Shown here piece after piece: positions 37,524 through 48,200 of a stretch of DNA of 56,738 nt. The stretch is taken from positions 1 to 56,738 of the forward strand of contig JBCCXZ010000018.1 of the NCBI GenBank assembly GCA_039190745.1. The letters are read 5' to 3'. Position numbers and translations under genes: made by a program. Positions within the stretch are counted from its first letter, which is position 1; each line of letters begins with the position of its first letter. The notes beneath the pieces were generated by a model. The model saw only the letters and a list, made by a program, of their open reading frames with translations. It had not been told where the DNA came from and searched no databases. Origin of the DNA: Planctomycetota bacterium (GTDB taxonomy: Bacteria > Planctomycetota > Planctomycetia > Pirellulales > Lacipirellulaceae).

Positions 37524-38363
37524 ATGAAACGCTTGTGTCTGATGACCGCCGCCCTTTGTGCCCCGTTTGTGCTGCACGCCTCGCCCAGCGCGGCGAGCGA
37601 CTTCACGCTGTTCGACGCGGCCGGCGCCGACCCGGCGGCGATCCAATCCACCGTCGACGACTTCCGCGACGCGCTCGGCGCGTTGAACCCCTTTGAACCG
37701 GTCGAGTTCGCCGACGGCCGACGGCAGATCAACTGGGACGCGGCGCCGGACGGGATCTCGACCCCCAACGGGTTCCCGGGCGACTTCTTCAACTTCGGGG
37801 CAGCGCCCCGCGCTCGCGGCATCGAGTTCAGCACGCCCGGAACGGGCTTCGCGCTCAGCGGGGCCAACGGGGCGGCCGACGTGCGGTTCTCCGAGATCAA
37901 CCCGACCTACGCCGATGAGTTCCAGGCGTTCAGCCCCGAGCGTCTGTTCACCCCGCGGGGCAGCAACGTCACGGTGGTCGATTTCTTCTCGCCGGCCGAC
38001 CAGACGACGCCTGCGACGACCGACGGCTTCGGAGCCGTGTTCGTCGACGTCGACCTGGAGGGGCCGAGCAAGCTGGAGTACTTCGATCTCGGCGGCAACC
38101 TCTTGCTGACGCAGGTCGCGCCGGCAGCCGACGAAGGCCTGTCGTTCATCGGGGCTAAGTTCGACGAGAACGTGCTGGCATCGGTGGTGATCACCACAGG
38201 CAACTTCGACATCGGCCCGACCGACGGCGTCTTTGGGTACGACGTGGTGGTGCTGGACGACTTCATCTTCGGCGAGCCGATCGGCATTCCCGAGCCGGCA
38301 GCGGTTGGGCTTTGCCTGAGCGGTTTGGCGGCGGCTTGTTGTCGGCGCCGGCGCAATAACTGA
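37524..38363 (+). CDS. PEP-CTERM sorting-domain surface protein
   Basis: Signal peptide and C-terminal IPEPAAVGLCLSGLAAACCRRRR. Confidence 0.92.
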   Translation: MKRLCLMTAALCAPFVLHASPSAASDFTLFDAAGADPAAIQSTVDDFRDALGALNPFEPVEFADGRRQINWDAAPDGISTPNGFPGDFFNFGAAPRARGIEFSTPGTGFALSGANGAADVRFSEINPTYADEFQAFSPERLFTPRGSNVTVVDFFSPADQTTPATTDGFGAVFVDVDLEGPSKLEYFDLGGNLLLTQVAPAADEGLSFIGAKFDENVLASVVITTGNFDIGPTDGVFGYDVVVLDDFIFGEPIGIPEPAAVGLCLSGLAAACCRRRRNN

Positions 38364-38393
38364 ACCGTCATCGGGACAGTTTGACGATTCTCT

Positions 38394-38424
38394 GCGAGCC
38401 TCGGGCGTGAAGCCCGGGGCTCGC
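38394..38424. repeat. 13-bp GC-rich hairpin (REP-like or terminator)
   Basis: gcgagcctcgggc-gtgaa-gcccggggctcgc with no T-run. Confidence 0.55.
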
Positions 38425-38641
38425 TGGCGTTGTTGGAGGGCAGCCCATCTATGAAAGACAACGGGGCGAGCTGAATGAGTTCGGGATTACTGAAGCTGCT
38501 TCTGATGTAAACGCATCACTAGATTACTTGCTTCCGCCTGTCGCTCGGCATAGTCTCGCTGGCTGACGGAATCGCCGCTGAGGCGGTGTTTTAGACGACA
38601 GCCCGCCGATTTATAGGCGGCGCCGACGACTTGAGGACGCG

Positions 38642-40564
38642 ATGATCCCCAAACCCGAGAAGCAGGCACTGGCGGACATTGAGGGCCTGCTCGACCGTGA
38701 TCTTCCGGTTGTTGAGGAATTCGATGACAGGGACGCGCGGTACCAGTGCCTGGTTGCGGATGGTCACGTCGCGGCTTTGAACCTGAACGGTTACGACGGC
38801 ATTGTTCGGAGGGAGAAGGCTCGGCGGCTGACGGAACTATCACCTTCTTTAAGCGGTTTAGGAGGACTACACACGCTAGTGCTAGGCAGCAACGATTTGA
38901 CGGATCTGCCCGGTGAGCTGGCCGAGTTGAAGGCCCTGCGGGTGCTGGATCTAGACGGCAACCCGGAGTTGGCGGAGTTGCCCGAAGCTGTGCGCGGGAT
39001 GCAGTCGTTGGAAGAGCTGAGGCTCTCCGGTTGCGGTTTGACGGATTTGCCGGAATGGTTGGTCGAGCTGCCGTCACTGCAAACGCTCCGCATCTCGAAC
39101 AACCCGTTCGAGGCGTTGCCAGAAGTGCTGCGGCACCTTCTGAGCTTGCGAGAGCTTCAAATCGGGAACGCCGAGGGTCGGCCGAGCAAGTACCGGATGC
39201 CCGCTTGGTTCGGTGAGTTGACCAAACTGGAAGCACTCGATTTCTCCCACCCGGCCCCCACGCTTCCCAAGACCTTCAGCAAGCTCAGCGGGTTGCGGCG
39301 GTTGGACGCGACCATGTGCGGCGTAAAGACGCTGCCGGACGAGGTCTGCCAACTCAAGAAATTGGAAGTCCTGAAGCTGGCTTACAACCGGCTGCGGGAA
39401 CTGCCTGATTCGTTCGGCGAACTGGAGTCATTGCAGGAACTCGAACTGACGGAAAACAAGCTGACGGCGTTGCCGGAGTCGTTGGGCAATCTGAAACGGC
39501 TGCGGGTGCTTGATGTGCACATGAATCGAATAGCCAAGCTGCCGGAGTCGGTTAGCGGGCTGTCGTCGCTGGAGCGCCTCGACGCGAACGCGAACAACGA
39601 ACTCAAGACTCTGCCCGATGCGATTGGCGACTTCAACAAGATCGTCGAGATGGACCTGCGTTTCTGCGGACTCGCTGAACTCCCGGAATCGTTTGGTCGA
39701 CTGGCAACGCTTGCGGAGCTGAAACTGAAAGGGAACCGATTCCAGCAACTCCCGGAAGTGGTGCTGAGCCTGCCATCGCTTGCGAAGCTCGACCTTGGGG
39801 ACAACAAGCTCGAAGAGCTGTCGGAGTCGATCGAAGGTTTGGCCGGGCTGCAGGAACTGGATGTTTCGGAGAATAAGCTGAAGCGGCTGCCAGAAGCGAT
39901 TGGCAGCCTTGCAGCCCTGGACGATCTGCGCGCAACCTACAACAAGCTTGAAGAGCTGCCCGAGTCGATCGGCAACCTGGCGTCGCTCCGTCGCCTGGGG
40001 CTCGGGAGCAACAAACTGAAGACGCTGCCCGAAACGATGCGGAAGCTGACGGGGTTGGTGGAACTGCACATCGCCGGCAATAGAATGACGGAGCTGCCGG
40101 ACTGGTTCGGCGAGCTGGCTGCCCTGAAACGATTGGGGTTAGATAGCAATAAAATCAAGAAGCTGCCCGAATCATTCAGCCGATTGCCGGTGCTCGATCA
40201 AGTGGTGCTCAACGACAACCAACTCCAGGAACTGCCCGAATCGTTTGGGGACCTTGCGACGCTCACGCTGCTGTGGGCGGACAACAACAAGTTGAATAAT
40301 CTCCCGGGGTCGATGGTAAGGCTCGCATCACTGACCAACCTGTCGTTGAGCTCCAACCGGTTCAAGGAGTTACCTCCGGAGGTGGGCGGTCTGCCGTCGC
40401 TCGAACTCTTGTCTGTCAACAAGAACGAATTGGAGTCTCTGCCGGAGTCGGTTCTGAAGCTCGCGGAACGCGCAAGTGTGCAAGCGCGGGGCAACCCATT
40501 CAGCGAAGAAACACGCGCATCGCTGGAGAAGCAACTGCCCGAGGGGCATAAGCTGAACTACTAG
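38642..40564 (+). CDS. Leucine-rich repeat protein (about 24 repeats of about 23 aa)
   Basis: Repeated LPESxGxLxxLxxLxLxxNxL and a C-cap GNPFSEETRASLEKQLP. No signal peptide. Confidence 0.95.
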   Translation: MIPKPEKQALADIEGLLDRDLPVVEEFDDRDARYQCLVADGHVAALNLNGYDGIVRREKARRLTELSPSLSGLGGLHTLVLGSNDLTDLPGELAELKALRVLDLDGNPELAELPEAVRGMQSLEELRLSGCGLTDLPEWLVELPSLQTLRISNNPFEALPEVLRHLLSLRELQIGNAEGRPSKYRMPAWFGELTKLEALDFSHPAPTLPKTFSKLSGLRRLDATMCGVKTLPDEVCQLKKLEVLKLAYNRLRELPDSFGELESLQELELTENKLTALPESLGNLKRLRVLDVHMNRIAKLPESVSGLSSLERLDANANNELKTLPDAIGDFNKIVEMDLRFCGLAELPESFGRLATLAELKLKGNRFQQLPEVVLSLPSLAKLDLGDNKLEELSESIEGLAGLQELDVSENKLKRLPEAIGSLAALDDLRATYNKLEELPESIGNLASLRRLGLGSNKLKTLPETMRKLTGLVELHIAGNRMTELPDWFGELAALKRLGLDSNKIKKLPESFSRLPVLDQVVLNDNQLQELPESFGDLATLTLLWADNNKLNNLPGSMVRLASLTNLSLSSNRFKELPPEVGGLPSLELLSVNKNELESLPESVLKLAERASVQARGNPFSEETRASLEKQLPEGHKLNY

Positions 40565-40581
40565 CTTAGCCGAAGCGGGCG

Positions 40582-41118
40582 TCAAAAGTAGAAGAGGATC
40601 AGATCTAGTCCTTCTTGCTGCGCTTTCTTAGCGGCAGCGATAAAATCGTCGCGGAGGTCTTCGGCGTCTGCGTCTAGTTCGTCGTCCTCAAGACCGCTAA
40701 GAGCCGCCGAAATTTTTGCGTGGCGGACGTGCCCGATAGTTGGGAAATCGTCCGACGGCAGCAGCGGCACGGGGGGTCCGCTTTGCTCGAACAGCTTCGC
40801 CAGGCCGCTGTCTTCGACCGTCTGCCAGTTGGCCTCGCCGCCGTCGCCGACGGGGGCCGACTCGCCCAGCGTGTCGCAGAATTCTAGCAAGGCGTAGCCG
40901 TATTGATGGGCCTCTTCGGGGTCTTTATCACCGCCGAGGATGAGCTGATCGACGGCGCCCTTAAGGGTGAGCTCGTCGTCTTCATCGTCCTCTTCCTCCT
41001 CGTCCATCTCCTCTGGGTTGTTCTCGACGACCCTTGCCAGGAAATCCTCGTCGCCCGAGCCGACGTGTTGCTCGAGCTTGTCCATATCGACCAGGTAGAG
41101 CGAGATGGAGTAGCTCAT
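40582..41118 (-). CDS. Acidic hypothetical protein (resembles the DUF7691-like family)
   Basis: MSYSISLYLVD...VGSGD, YGYAL, DDFPTIG and DLILFYF. The family call is from memory of the motif pattern. Confidence 0.65.
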   Translation of the reverse strand: MSYSISLYLVDMDKLEQHVGSGDEDFLARVVENNPEEMDEEEEDDEDDELTLKGAVDQLILGGDKDPEEAHQYGYALLEFCDTLGESAPVGDGGEANWQTVEDSGLAKLFEQSGPPVPLLPSDDFPTIGHVRHAKISAALSGLEDDELDADAEDLRDDFIAAAKKAQQEGLDLILFYF

Positions 41119-41183
41119 GCGTTGCCGCCTTCAGGTCGCTATGCCGGCAGGACACGCCGCTAACGCAGAGGAAAGCGTGGAAC

Positions 41184-42296
41184 CTATTCTCGGCGTCTGC
41201 CTGCGCTGAGCCTGAGCGACAGCCCGAAACAGGCCAGCAGAAAGGCGCCTGGTTCGGGCACGGCGACGGTGCTGGCGACCAGCGGCGTCAGGAAGTTCGT
41301 TTCCCACTCTGCGAGATCGTATGTGGCGGGGTTGCGTTGCCACTCGAGGACGTCGCTCACGCCGACGTCTCGATCGCCGTCGAAGTCGCCCGGGATAGGG
41401 GGGAAGCCGAAGTTGGCTTCCCAGTCTGCTATTTCTCCAGCGGCGGTCTCGCGTTGCCACTCGAGAGCATCGGCCACGTCCACATCGCCATCGGCGTCGA
41501 AGTCGCCGGCAGTTGATGAGGGGGCAATCACTCCGATGTAGGTCAGGTCGGGGTCGAAGCCCGCGGTGTTGTACGTGCCGCCTTCGCCTTGCGGCCCGGT
41601 GAGCGGCTCGAATCCGCTGCCGCCGCCGACCATGACGTTCCCTTGGCCCAAGGCGTCATCGACACGGTCTTCCGGCAACATGTTGGCTGCCCAGATCGCG
41701 TCGATCGTCGCTCCGTCGGCCAGCCCGAAGTCGCTCAGGTCGAACCCGGTCGAGAGCACCTGAGCGATGCCTTCGATTCCCAGCCTCGAAGGGAACACCT
41801 CGACGAAGTCATCGGCGAACTCGTAGCGGAATGTCGTGAAGGTGGAGGCGCCCGTTTCCCGGACCGCGATCATGTAGGCTTCCGGCCCGTTCGGGGAACC
41901 GTTCTCGTAGACGACGAAGTCGTCGCCGGGGTTGTTGGTGACGCCGGGGCTGCCGCCCCAGTTGAGCTCCAGGCCTCCACGAAACGTGAAGTCGCCCAGC
42001 GGCACGGAACGCCCGCCGGGAGCTTGACCTTCGAGTTCACCGAGCAACTGGACGCCGACCGTCTTGGCGGTATCGAAGTCGTTGCCTTGATCCGAGAGCG
42101 GGATGAACCGGGCGTTGAACGCGAATGAGTCGTAGTCTTCGAGGGTGGTCGGCGCCGCCGGGACGACGTTCGTGGGTCCCAACGTGTCGTCGAAGGTGAA
42201 GCCTGCTAGGGTAAACGTGTCGGCGGATGCCGCCGTCGGCCACGTTACGCATAGAAAGGGTGTGCAACCCAGCAGGCAAAGAATCGTCGATTTCAT
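41184..42296 (-). CDS. PEP-CTERM protein with a dockerin-like Ca-binding duplication
   Basis: Signal peptide, GDFDADGDVD...WQR...WEANF twice, then VPEPGAFLLACFGLSLRLSAGRRR. Confidence 0.9.
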   Translation of the reverse strand: MKSTILCLLGCTPFLCVTWPTAASADTFTLAGFTFDDTLGPTNVVPAAPTTLEDYDSFAFNARFIPLSDQGNDFDTAKTVGVQLLGELEGQAPGGRSVPLGDFTFRGGLELNWGGSPGVTNNPGDDFVVYENGSPNGPEAYMIAVRETGASTFTTFRYEFADDFVEVFPSRLGIEGIAQVLSTGFDLSDFGLADGATIDAIWAANMLPEDRVDDALGQGNVMVGGGSGFEPLTGPQGEGGTYNTAGFDPDLTYIGVIAPSSTAGDFDADGDVDVADALEWQRETAAGEIADWEANFGFPPIPGDFDGDRDVGVSDVLEWQRNPATYDLAEWETNFLTPLVASTVAVPEPGAFLLACFGLSLRLSAGRRRE

Positions 42297-42457
42297 GGCA
42301 CTTCGGGAACGGGGTTTCCGCTAGGGATGGATCCGCCGCGGGGCCTGCCGCGGCTTGGTTCCAGTTCTAGCCGCTCTGCCATCGGCAAACAAGATTTTCT
42401 CCGGAGACGCCTTGCGCACGCGAGCCTGGGATGCCGCCCAGGCAGCGGCGCCGGGGG

Positions 42458-43612
42458 CTACGCCTCCTGATTGCTCTCGCTGCGGAGGCTTTCGGGCACC
42501 TGGGCGAGGGCGTCGTCGCCCAGCACGTAGCTGCGGCCGATGAGCTCGGCGTCGTGGTTAATAAGATCGGGGAAGCGGGACGCGATCACCTCGACGGCAA
42601 AGATCTCCTGCACGGCGTCTTCGAACTTGCAGAAGGCGACCGTCTGGCCGGTCTCGATGTTGATGACCCAGACGCCACAGGTGCGTTCTTCCAGGCGGTC
42701 GACGAGTGGTATGCCGCTGAAGACGGCGGACTCGCGGACCTGCGAGAGGCCGACGAACGCTAACGGGCCAAGGAACGACAACCCGCGGGTGAAACCGGGC
42801 ACCTGGGCGACCGCTTCGTACTTCCCGGTCTGTAGGTCGACCGTGCCGATGCTGCCGTCGCCCGATTCGAGCACCCAGAGCTTGTCGCGGTACCAGCGTG
42901 GAGAATGCGGCATCGACAAGCCGCGGAGCAGGATCTCGTTCGAGTCGACGTCGATCAGCAGTCCGCCGTCGCGTTTGTTCTCCCGCCAGCCGCCGGGCTC
43001 GTTGGTTTCGCCGAGCGCGGTGACGTAGCGGATGCGGCCGTCGCGCATGGCGAGGCCGTTGAGGTGGCAGTTGTCGCCGGGCGCCAGATCGGTGACGAAC
43101 GACGGCCGCCAGCGGGGCTCGAAACTGTTGTGCTCGCTGCGGGTGGCGAGGCAGCTGAACGCGGTGTTGACAAACCAGAGCTCGTCGCCGACCCAGGCCA
43201 TCTCGTGGATCTGGATGTCGCCGGTGGTGTGGCTGCGGCGGGGCATGTAGACCAGGTCGTGCTGGACGGTTTGGTCTTTGTACTCGTCGGACTTGTCGAG
43301 CTTGGGGCCGACGGCGGGGACGTTGTGAAACTCCCAGATGTCGACGCTGCAGCCGACGGCGAGCTTGCCGGGCGCGACGGCCAGGCCCATCGGCTTCATG
43401 AAGTTGCGGAAGTGGGTGTTGAGCACGCCGGCGTCGTTGCGGAGCACGACGAGCTTGCCGGCTTGGTAGGTAGTGACCAGCACCGAGGCGCCCGCTTGGT
43501 CGAGGATCTGCGGGAGGTTCGACGTGTGGACGCTGCGGAGGGGAGCTTCCTGCGGGGCGTCGGCGTCGGGCGCAGGTTGGTCGCTATCGGGGTTTGTGGC
43601 GTCGTCCGACAT
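42458..43612 (-). CDS. TIGR03032 family protein (DUF4915, predicted beta-propeller)
   Basis: TTYQAGKL, PMGLA, TGDIQIHE, VNTAFSCL, DNCHLNGLA, GLSMPHSPRW and PGFTRGL. Confidence 0.88.
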   Translation of the reverse strand: MSDDATNPDSDQPAPDADAPQEAPLRSVHTSNLPQILDQAGASVLVTTYQAGKLVVLRNDAGVLNTHFRNFMKPMGLAVAPGKLAVGCSVDIWEFHNVPAVGPKLDKSDEYKDQTVQHDLVYMPRRSHTTGDIQIHEMAWVGDELWFVNTAFSCLATRSEHNSFEPRWRPSFVTDLAPGDNCHLNGLAMRDGRIRYVTALGETNEPGGWRENKRDGGLLIDVDSNEILLRGLSMPHSPRWYRDKLWVLESGDGSIGTVDLQTGKYEAVAQVPGFTRGLSFLGPLAFVGLSQVRESAVFSGIPLVDRLEERTCGVWVINIETGQTVAFCKFEDAVQEIFAVEVIASRFPDLINHDAELIGRSYVLGDDALAQVPESLRSESNQEA

Positions 43613-43652
43613 GGATAGTAGTGGGAAGAGGGAGTGGGAGTGGGAGAAACGC

Positions 43653-43734
<82 letters not shown>

Positions 43735-43750
43735 ATACAGTAGTAGCTAT

Positions 43751-44821
43751 CTAGAACCGTGCCTGACCGCCCTTGGGGAGTGTAACGCGGGGGGCCGCTT
43801 CGCCGTCGATTTTCTTGAGTTCGTCCATCGGCTCGTCGCGGAGCCGGAGGAACTTGAAGCCCAGCAGCACGGGCTTGCCCTCGGCGAGCTTCTCAGCGCG
43901 GGATTCGTCGCCGTACTCTACTAGGCTAGCAAACGTTTGCTCCCGGACCTTCGGCTTCGTGGAGTGGATGAAGTTGAGCGAGCCACCCTCGCCGCGGACG
44001 ACGAGGCCGACGTGGCCGACCCAGGCGCTGCCGCCGAAGATGGCGTTCTCCTTGGCCTGCGAACCCTCGGCGGGCGGGTGCCCACGGACGATGTTCACGA
44101 AATCGCCCTCGCGCAGCTCTGCGTCGGCGCGGTCGATTTCGTGGTAAGGCAGGAAGACGTCTTCGCGGTTCTCGACGGGGATGTCCACCTCGAGGTTGAA
44201 GCTGGACCGCAAGAACCGCGCGCGGTCGATCCTCTGCTTGAACTTCTGCGCCGCGTCGCCGGCGACCGCGGCGGTGATGTCTTCCGCTAACCACCGATTG
44301 GAGATGTTCCAGTCGGCCTCGGTGTAGTGGTTGCGAGTGGCAACGCCGATCTGGCCGTCGCGGTAGCGGATCCGCTGGAGCATCGCCATGAACCGGGGCC
44401 AGTCGTTCCCCAGGGCCATCGCGTAGGTGTGCTCGCTGTAGACGAGGCAGTCGCTGCGGTCGAGGCAGTAGATGGGCTGCGGGTCGTAAGGCTCGAAGGG
44501 CATCTCGCCCAATAGATAGATGTCGTAGGGCTGTCCGAGGTTCTTGCGCGCGAGGTGCACGATGCGTTTGCGGAGGCTCGGCTCGGCGGCGTGCAGCCAG
44601 CGGAGGTAGATATCGACCTCGGCTTCGGAGAATTCGTAGAGCGGTTTCTCGAGCAGCGGCTGGAGCGCATGCGGATCGACGCCGGCTTCTTCGCACTGGG
44701 CGGCGAGCTGCGCATCGACGCGGTTGGGGGATTTTGCTTCGGTCCCCGGGGCGCGGGCGGCCGGGACAAAAAGCATCAACGCAAAGAAGAGTAAGAGCTT
44801 GCGGAGCGTCGGTTCCATCAC
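43751..44821 (-). CDS. DUF1460 / N-acetylmuramoyl-L-alanine amidase-like (NlpC/P60 superfamily) exported protein
   Basis: Signal peptide, LGQPY, SDCLVYSE (Cys), IRYRDG...RNHYT, GHVGLV (His) and FIHS. Confidence 0.8.
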   Translation of the reverse strand: MMEPTLRKLLLFFALMLFVPAARAPGTEAKSPNRVDAQLAAQCEEAGVDPHALQPLLEKPLYEFSEAEVDIYLRWLHAAEPSLRKRIVHLARKNLGQPYDIYLLGEMPFEPYDPQPIYCLDRSDCLVYSEHTYAMALGNDWPRFMAMLQRIRYRDGQIGVATRNHYTEADWNISNRWLAEDITAAVAGDAAQKFKQRIDRARFLRSSFNLEVDIPVENREDVFLPYHEIDRADAELREGDFVNIVRGHPPAEGSQAKENAIFGGSAWVGHVGLVVRGEGGSLNFIHSTKPKVREQTFASLVEYGDESRAEKLAEGKPVLLGFKFLRLRDEPMDELKKIDGEAAPRVTLPKGGQARF

Positions 44822-45284
44822 GCGGGCCTGTGGCTTCGATTCAATACAAGTGAGTGTCTAATATTCATGCGGCGTCACACCGCAAAGGCCCATTGTAGGC
44901 AACGCGGGTCTTACTTTGCGACGACCAAATTCTCTCATCAAAGTTTGCATCTCGGCTCACTTCTCGGTATGTTAGCCGCCGCAGGCGTTCGTGCGACGTT
45001 GGAGCGGTCGGCTGGCCAGATGCCGTTCCGGTGGGAAGCAAGCTAGCTTCAGTTGCACGGGGCGCAACGCCTGCACGGAATAGCGAGGCACGCAGTGACA
45101 CCGCGGCTGCCGTCTTCTCTGCCCGTCCCGCTAGGCGTGCTGAGCCTGCTTCGTCTTCGTTGTCAGGCCCCCACTCTTCCGGGCCGCCATTCTCCCGGTT
45201 TCTCCGCTGGGTTGAAACTGCCGCTCTCAAACTCGGACACCCGCGGCCGGATCACAGGCCGCCGCACCTTAAAAGGCTGAACCG

Positions 45285-48200
45285 ATGCCCCGCAATCGCC
45301 GCTTGAAGAAGCTAGCCAACCGGAAGCGATCCCAGAAGTCTCGCCGCGCCCGTCGCCTCCGCCACGAACCGCTTGAGAAGCGCGACCTGCTGGCCGTGGT
45401 GACGGTCGACACGGTGCTGGATGTGGTGGACATCAACGACGGAGTGACGTCGCTACGCGAGGCGATCTTCGCAACGAACACGGTACCGGGGGCGGACGAG
45501 ATTGTATTCGACTTCGGGTTCGATGGGCCGGCGACGATTGTATTGACCGAGGGCGAGCTGAGTATCACCGACTCACTGACCATCACCGGTGACGGGCCGG
45601 AGTTGTTGACGATCGACGCGAGCGGGAACGACCCGACGCCGGATGTGGACAACGGGGATGGGAGTCGGGTCTTTTCGGTCAGGGACTTCGACTCAAGCAA
45701 CACGTTGGAGGTGACCATCCAGGGCGTGACCCTGACCGGCGGGGACGCCGCCGGCGATGGGGGGGCCATCCTGAGCTCAGAGGCCCTAACGATCGTCGAC
45801 TCGGTCATCACCGAGAATCACGCGGCACTTTCTGGCGGGGGCGTGAGCAGCTCCACCTTCACTGGCGATCTGGTGATCAGTGGTTCCATCATCTCGGACA
45901 ACTCGACTGGCGTCGGCAACGGAGGCGGCCTAAGCGCTGGCAGATTGGTCATGGAAGACAGCCAGGTAACCGGCAACGTAACCGACTTCTCGGGCGGAGG
46001 GATCGCCCTTGCCGGCAGGGAAGCAACCATCCGAAACAGCCAGATTACCGGCAATGAAACAATCAGGGGGGCCGGGGGAGGCATCTCGTTGACCAGCAGC
46101 CGCGGGGGCACGCCCTCGCTGCTGCTGACCGGCTCCGTGGTCAGCGACAACACGGCGGCGGCCGAGGGCGGCGGCATCCGATCGAGTTACAGCGGGGGGC
46201 TGACGATCCGCGAGAGCCACATCGCACGCAACTACGCCGGTGACCTCGGGGGAGGGTTGGCCGCATTCTCGTCCGCCGTGCTGGTTGTCGATTCTTCGTT
46301 CGACTCGAACGTGACCGAGCGGCAAGGCGGCGGCATCGCCTCGTATACGTCCGGAAACTTCGAGAGGCCCTTTGAGATCATCAACTCTACCATCGCGCGG
46401 AACCGAGCCGAGGTGAATGGCGGCGGGGTCTATGTTGAAGCGAGAGGGCTCGTCGATTTCGCGATGAGGCACAGCACGGTCGTCAACAACGAAGTCGACT
46501 TGGATCTGGGAGAGTTGAGCGCTCTGCTCGGCGGAGGCATCGTTGCCGCCGATACGGAGGTAGTGCTCGACCACACGATTGTTTTTGACAACAGCGTCTT
46601 TGGAGGCGCCAGTGACCTGACCGCATTCGAAGGTTCCTTCACGGTGGAGTCTTCAGCTATCGGCGCCATCGCACCGGGCACACAGGCGTTCCTCAACAAC
46701 ACCCAGCTGGGGATCGACCCGCTGTTATCGGGTCCTCTAGGCGGCGTGGGGCCGACACTGGTCTACGAGTTGCAGCCCGGCAGCCCGGCGATTGACGCCG
46801 GGGACCCGGCGGTCATGGCGGGCATGGACGGCGTGCCGGCGTTCGATCAGCGCGGGCCGTTCTTCTTCCGCCAGCAGAGCGTCATCGACATCGGCGCCTT
46901 CGAGGTCCAGCCCGAGGTCTTGGGCGAGGTGTCGGCCGACTTTGACGGCGACGGCGATGTCGACGGCCGCGATTTCTTGATCCTGCAGCGTAACCTCGGG
47001 GCGACCGGGCTCGGCGAGGACTCGCTCGCGTTCGGCGACGCCGACGGCGATGGCGATGTCGACCACAACGACCGGCTGGCGTGGGAGTTCCTCTTTGGCG
47101 AAGGAGAAATCGATGGCGGCGTGTTCGAAGCAGCCCTCGCTATCGAGGCCGAAGAGCCTCCGCCGGTGGTGTTTGTCGACACCGACCTGGACGTGGTCGA
47201 CTTCGACGACGGGGGTCTCTCGCTCCGCGAGGCGGTCTTTGTCACGAACATTGTGTCGGGTTTGCAGGAGATCCAGTTCGCGTTCGACGTGGACGGGCCG
47301 GTGAGCATCGTGCTCACCGAGGGCGAGCTGCAGATCAAAGATTCGTTGATTATCACGGGGGACTCGGCCGACCTGCTGACGATCGACGCCAGCGGCAACG
47401 ACCCCACGCCGGAGGAGAACAACAGCGACGGCAGCCGCGTGCTGAACATCAACGACGGGAGCTTTCCGGAGAACTCCCGCGTTGCGATTACCGGGGTCAC
47501 CATCACCGGCGGCGACTCAGGCAGCGGGGCGGGCATCTTTTCGACCGAAGAACTCTACCTGGAGCGGGTCGTGGTCACCGACAACCACGGCGGCGCGGGG
47601 GCCCGCTCTCAAGGGGGCGGCATCAACAGCAACAACTCCCTCACGGTGGTCGATAGCGTTGTGAGCAACAACTCGGTCGGCGGCCGCGGGGGCGGGATTT
47701 TCTCTTCGGGTGATCTGCTCTCGATATCGGAGACGGACATCACCGGGAACACAGGCAGCGACGGCGGCGGCGTGGCCGTGGTGGTGCTTGGCGGGTTCGT
47801 CGAGATCCTCGGCGGTTCGATCTCTGAGAATACCGCGACCGCCGACGGCGGTGGAGTCTCCGTGTTCGGCCGCAGCTCCAGCAACGTCGAGGCCGACCAG
47901 GTTCTTGTCATCGACGGGACCAGACTCGAAGACAACACGGCGGGCGGGAACGGGGGCGCCGTCTCGTTGGAGGCCAATCACTTCCGGGCCGGGTACACGC
48001 TCCACGGCATCAATGCGTCTGGCAACGAGGCCGAGCAACTCGGCGGGGGCATGGCGATCGTCGGCGAGAACGGCGAGGTGCTGATCGAGGAGAGCTTCTT
48101 CTCGCTGAACACCAGCGGCGGAGGCGGGGGCGGCCTAGCAATCTTCCAGGAGAGTTCGAGCGACCCCGACCGGAGCCTGGACGTCGCGATCGACGGCTCT

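Noticed and set aside
44865..45230. 121-aa minus-strand ORF in the spacer before the 1913-aa gene
   Set aside because: No motifs and atypical composition. It is more plausibly a divergent promoter region.
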